Below, piece after piece: positions 62,552 through 64,000 of a DNA stretch of 64,000 nucleotides. The stretch's first letter is position 1; each line of letters opens with the position of its first letter. The stretch comes from Candidatus Latescibacterota bacterium. Lineage in GTDB: Bacteria; Latescibacterota; UBA2968. Location: positions 32,001 to 96,000 of the forward strand of contig OZ242010.1 of the NCBI GenBank assembly GCA_965204745.1, in the 5' to 3' direction. Below the pieces are notes generated by a model. The model was not told the origin of the DNA. It searched no databases and saw only the letters and a list, made by a program, of their open reading frames with translations. Made by a program: the position numbers and the translations under genes.

Positions 62552-62830
62552 ATGGCTACTCTGACGTTTGATACCCATGCTTTTGTCAAAGAACTGACGC
62601 GGGCCGGGATGCCGGAAGAACAAGCCGAAGTGCTGGCGCGGTCTCAAGCGACGTTGATTGATGAAAAGCTGGCAACCAAACAGGACTTGAAGGAACTGGA
62701 ATTGCGGTTGAAACGCGATATACAGGAGATGGAATTGCGGCTGAAGCACGATATGACCGTACGTCTCGGCTCGATGATGGTGGTTGCTATCGGCGTGGTT
62801 GCCGCTTTGGTGAAACTTCTGTCAGGGTGA
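62552..62830 (+). CDS. DUF1640/CCDC90-like protein, copy 2 (92 aa)
   Basis: As copy 1 plus one 11-aa stalk module. Confidence 0.88.
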   Translation: MATLTFDTHAFVKELTRAGMPEEQAEVLARSQATLIDEKLATKQDLKELELRLKRDIQEMELRLKHDMTVRLGSMMVVAIGVVAALVKLLSG

Positions 62831-62894
62831 TTCTATCTAAACTGCTGGGTTTGGTCGTATTGTGCTGATGTTCATTTCTCACCTGGAGGATTTT

Positions 62895-63227
62895 ATGGCT
62901 ACTCTGACGTTTGATACCCATGCTTTTGTCAAGGAACTGACGCAGGCCGGGATGCCGGAAGAACAGGCCGAGGTGCTGGCGCGGTCTCAAGCGACGTTGA
63001 TTGACGAAAAACTGGCGACGAAACAGGACTTGAAGGAACTGGAATTGCGGTTGAAACGCGATATACAGGAATTGAAGCGCGATATGAAAGAACTGGAGAC
63101 GCGATTGACCCGCGACATGCAGGAGATGGAATTGCGGCTGAAGCACGACTTGACCGTGCGACTCGGCTCGATGATGGTGGTTGCTATCGGCGTGGTTGCT
63201 GCTTTGGTGAAACTTCTGTCAGGGTGA
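62895..63227 (+). CDS. DUF1640/CCDC90-like protein, copy 3 (110 aa)
   Basis: As copy 1 plus 7+11+11 aa. Confidence 0.88.
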   Translation: MATLTFDTHAFVKELTQAGMPEEQAEVLARSQATLIDEKLATKQDLKELELRLKRDIQELKRDMKELETRLTRDMQEMELRLKHDLTVRLGSMMVVAIGVVAALVKLLSG

Positions 63228-63293
63228 TCCTATCTAAACTGCTGGGTTTGGTCGTATTGTGCTGATGTTCACTTTTCTCGACTGGAGGATTTT

Positions 63294-63692
63294 ATGGCTA
63301 CTCTGACGTTTGATACCCACGCCTTTGTCAAGGAACTGACGCAGGCCGGGATGCCGGAAGAACAAGCCGAAGTGCTGGCGCGATCTCAAGCGACGTTGAT
63401 TGACGAAAAGCTGGCGACGAAACAGGACTTGAAGGAACTGGAATTGCGGTTGAAACGCGATATACAGGAATTGAAACGTGATATGAAAGAACTGGAGACG
63501 CGATTGGTACGCGACATGCAGGAAATGGAAGCCAATCTCAAACGCGATATGAAAGAATTGGAAATGCGTTTGACCCGCGACATGCAAGAGATGGAATTGC
63601 GGTTGAAGCACGACTTGACCGTGCGTCTCGGCTCGATGATGGTGGTTGCTATCGGCGTGGTTGCCGCTTTGGTGAAACTTCTGTCAGGGTGA
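63294..63692 (+). CDS. DUF1640/CCDC90-like protein, copy 4 (132 aa)
   Basis: As copy 1 plus 7+4x11 aa. Confidence 0.88.
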   Translation: MATLTFDTHAFVKELTQAGMPEEQAEVLARSQATLIDEKLATKQDLKELELRLKRDIQELKRDMKELETRLVRDMQEMEANLKRDMKELEMRLTRDMQEMELRLKHDLTVRLGSMMVVAIGVVAALVKLLSG

Positions 63693-63756
63693 TCCTATCT
63701 AAACTGCTGAGTTTGGTCGTATTGTGCTGATGTTCATTTTTCGACTGGAGGATTTT

Positions 63757-64000
63757 ATGGCTACTCTGACGTTTGATACCCATGCCTTTGTCAAGGAACT
63801 GACGCAGGCCGGGATGCCGGAAGAACAAGCCGAGGTGCTGGCGCGATCTCAAGCGATGTTGATTGACGAAAAACTGGCGACGAAACAGGACTTGAAGGAA
63901 CTGGAATTGCGTCTGAAACGCGATATACAGGAATTGAAGCGCGATATGAAAGAATTGGAAATGCGATTGACACGCGACATGCAAGAAATGGAATTGCGGT
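63757..64000 (+). CDS. DUF1640/CCDC90-like protein, copy 5 (truncated by window end)
   Basis: Same RBS and head. Stalk reads RDIQELK-RDMKELEMRLT-RDMQEMELR at the window edge. Confidence 0.85.
   Translation, partial: MATLTFDTHAFVKELTQAGMPEEQAEVLARSQAMLIDEKLATKQDLKELELRLKRDIQELKRDMKELEMRLTRDMQEMELR

Noticed and set aside
62486-63756. Integron attC sites or CRISPR repeats between DUF1640 genes
   Set aside because: No proper RYYYAAC/GTTRRRY ends or long palindrome, the cargo genes are paralogues, and no integrase is in the window.
62240-64000. Diversity-generating retroelement
   Set aside because: No reverse transcriptase seen. Variation is modular indels and mostly synonymous changes, not adenine-specific substitution.
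1-64000. tRNA/rRNA genes, prophage or integrase
   Set aside because: None recognised by eye. A tRNAscan/Infernal run would be needed to exclude small RNAs.

Overview
Bacterial chromosomal window, about 55-60% GC by eye. Two PhyH dioxygenases, a sulfatase, enolase-superfamily enzymes, a dockerin-like EF-hand protein and many intergenic repeats suggest a Latescibacterota/Poribacteria-like lineage; this is inference only. Most of it is housekeeping and catabolic genes (M16 peptidase, heterodimeric ABC exporter, infA, iolD, prmA, queA, purM, cinA, AddA-like helicase, nth). A defence island at 16.8-25.0 kb holds HEPN-MNT, TA fragments, a type III R-M system (res frameshifted) bracketed by 66-bp direct repeats, and a C5-MTase plus BsuBI/PstI-type endonuclease. 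A tnpB-only IS200/IS605 element has precisely definable IS608-like ends and a nonsense codon. Intergenic DNA is built from a modular kit of REP-like hairpins, heptamer repeats and a TAA-flanked MITE, and one module sits in frame inside an asparaginase gene. The most striking feature is a head-to-tail array of at least 5 DUF1640/CCDC90-like membrane-anchored coiled-coil genes (62.2 kb to window end). Their heads and anchors are near-identical and their stalks differ by whole 7- and 11-residue modules (81, 92, 110, 132 aa, plus a truncated fifth copy). All calls come from reading motifs by eye; no database searches were run.
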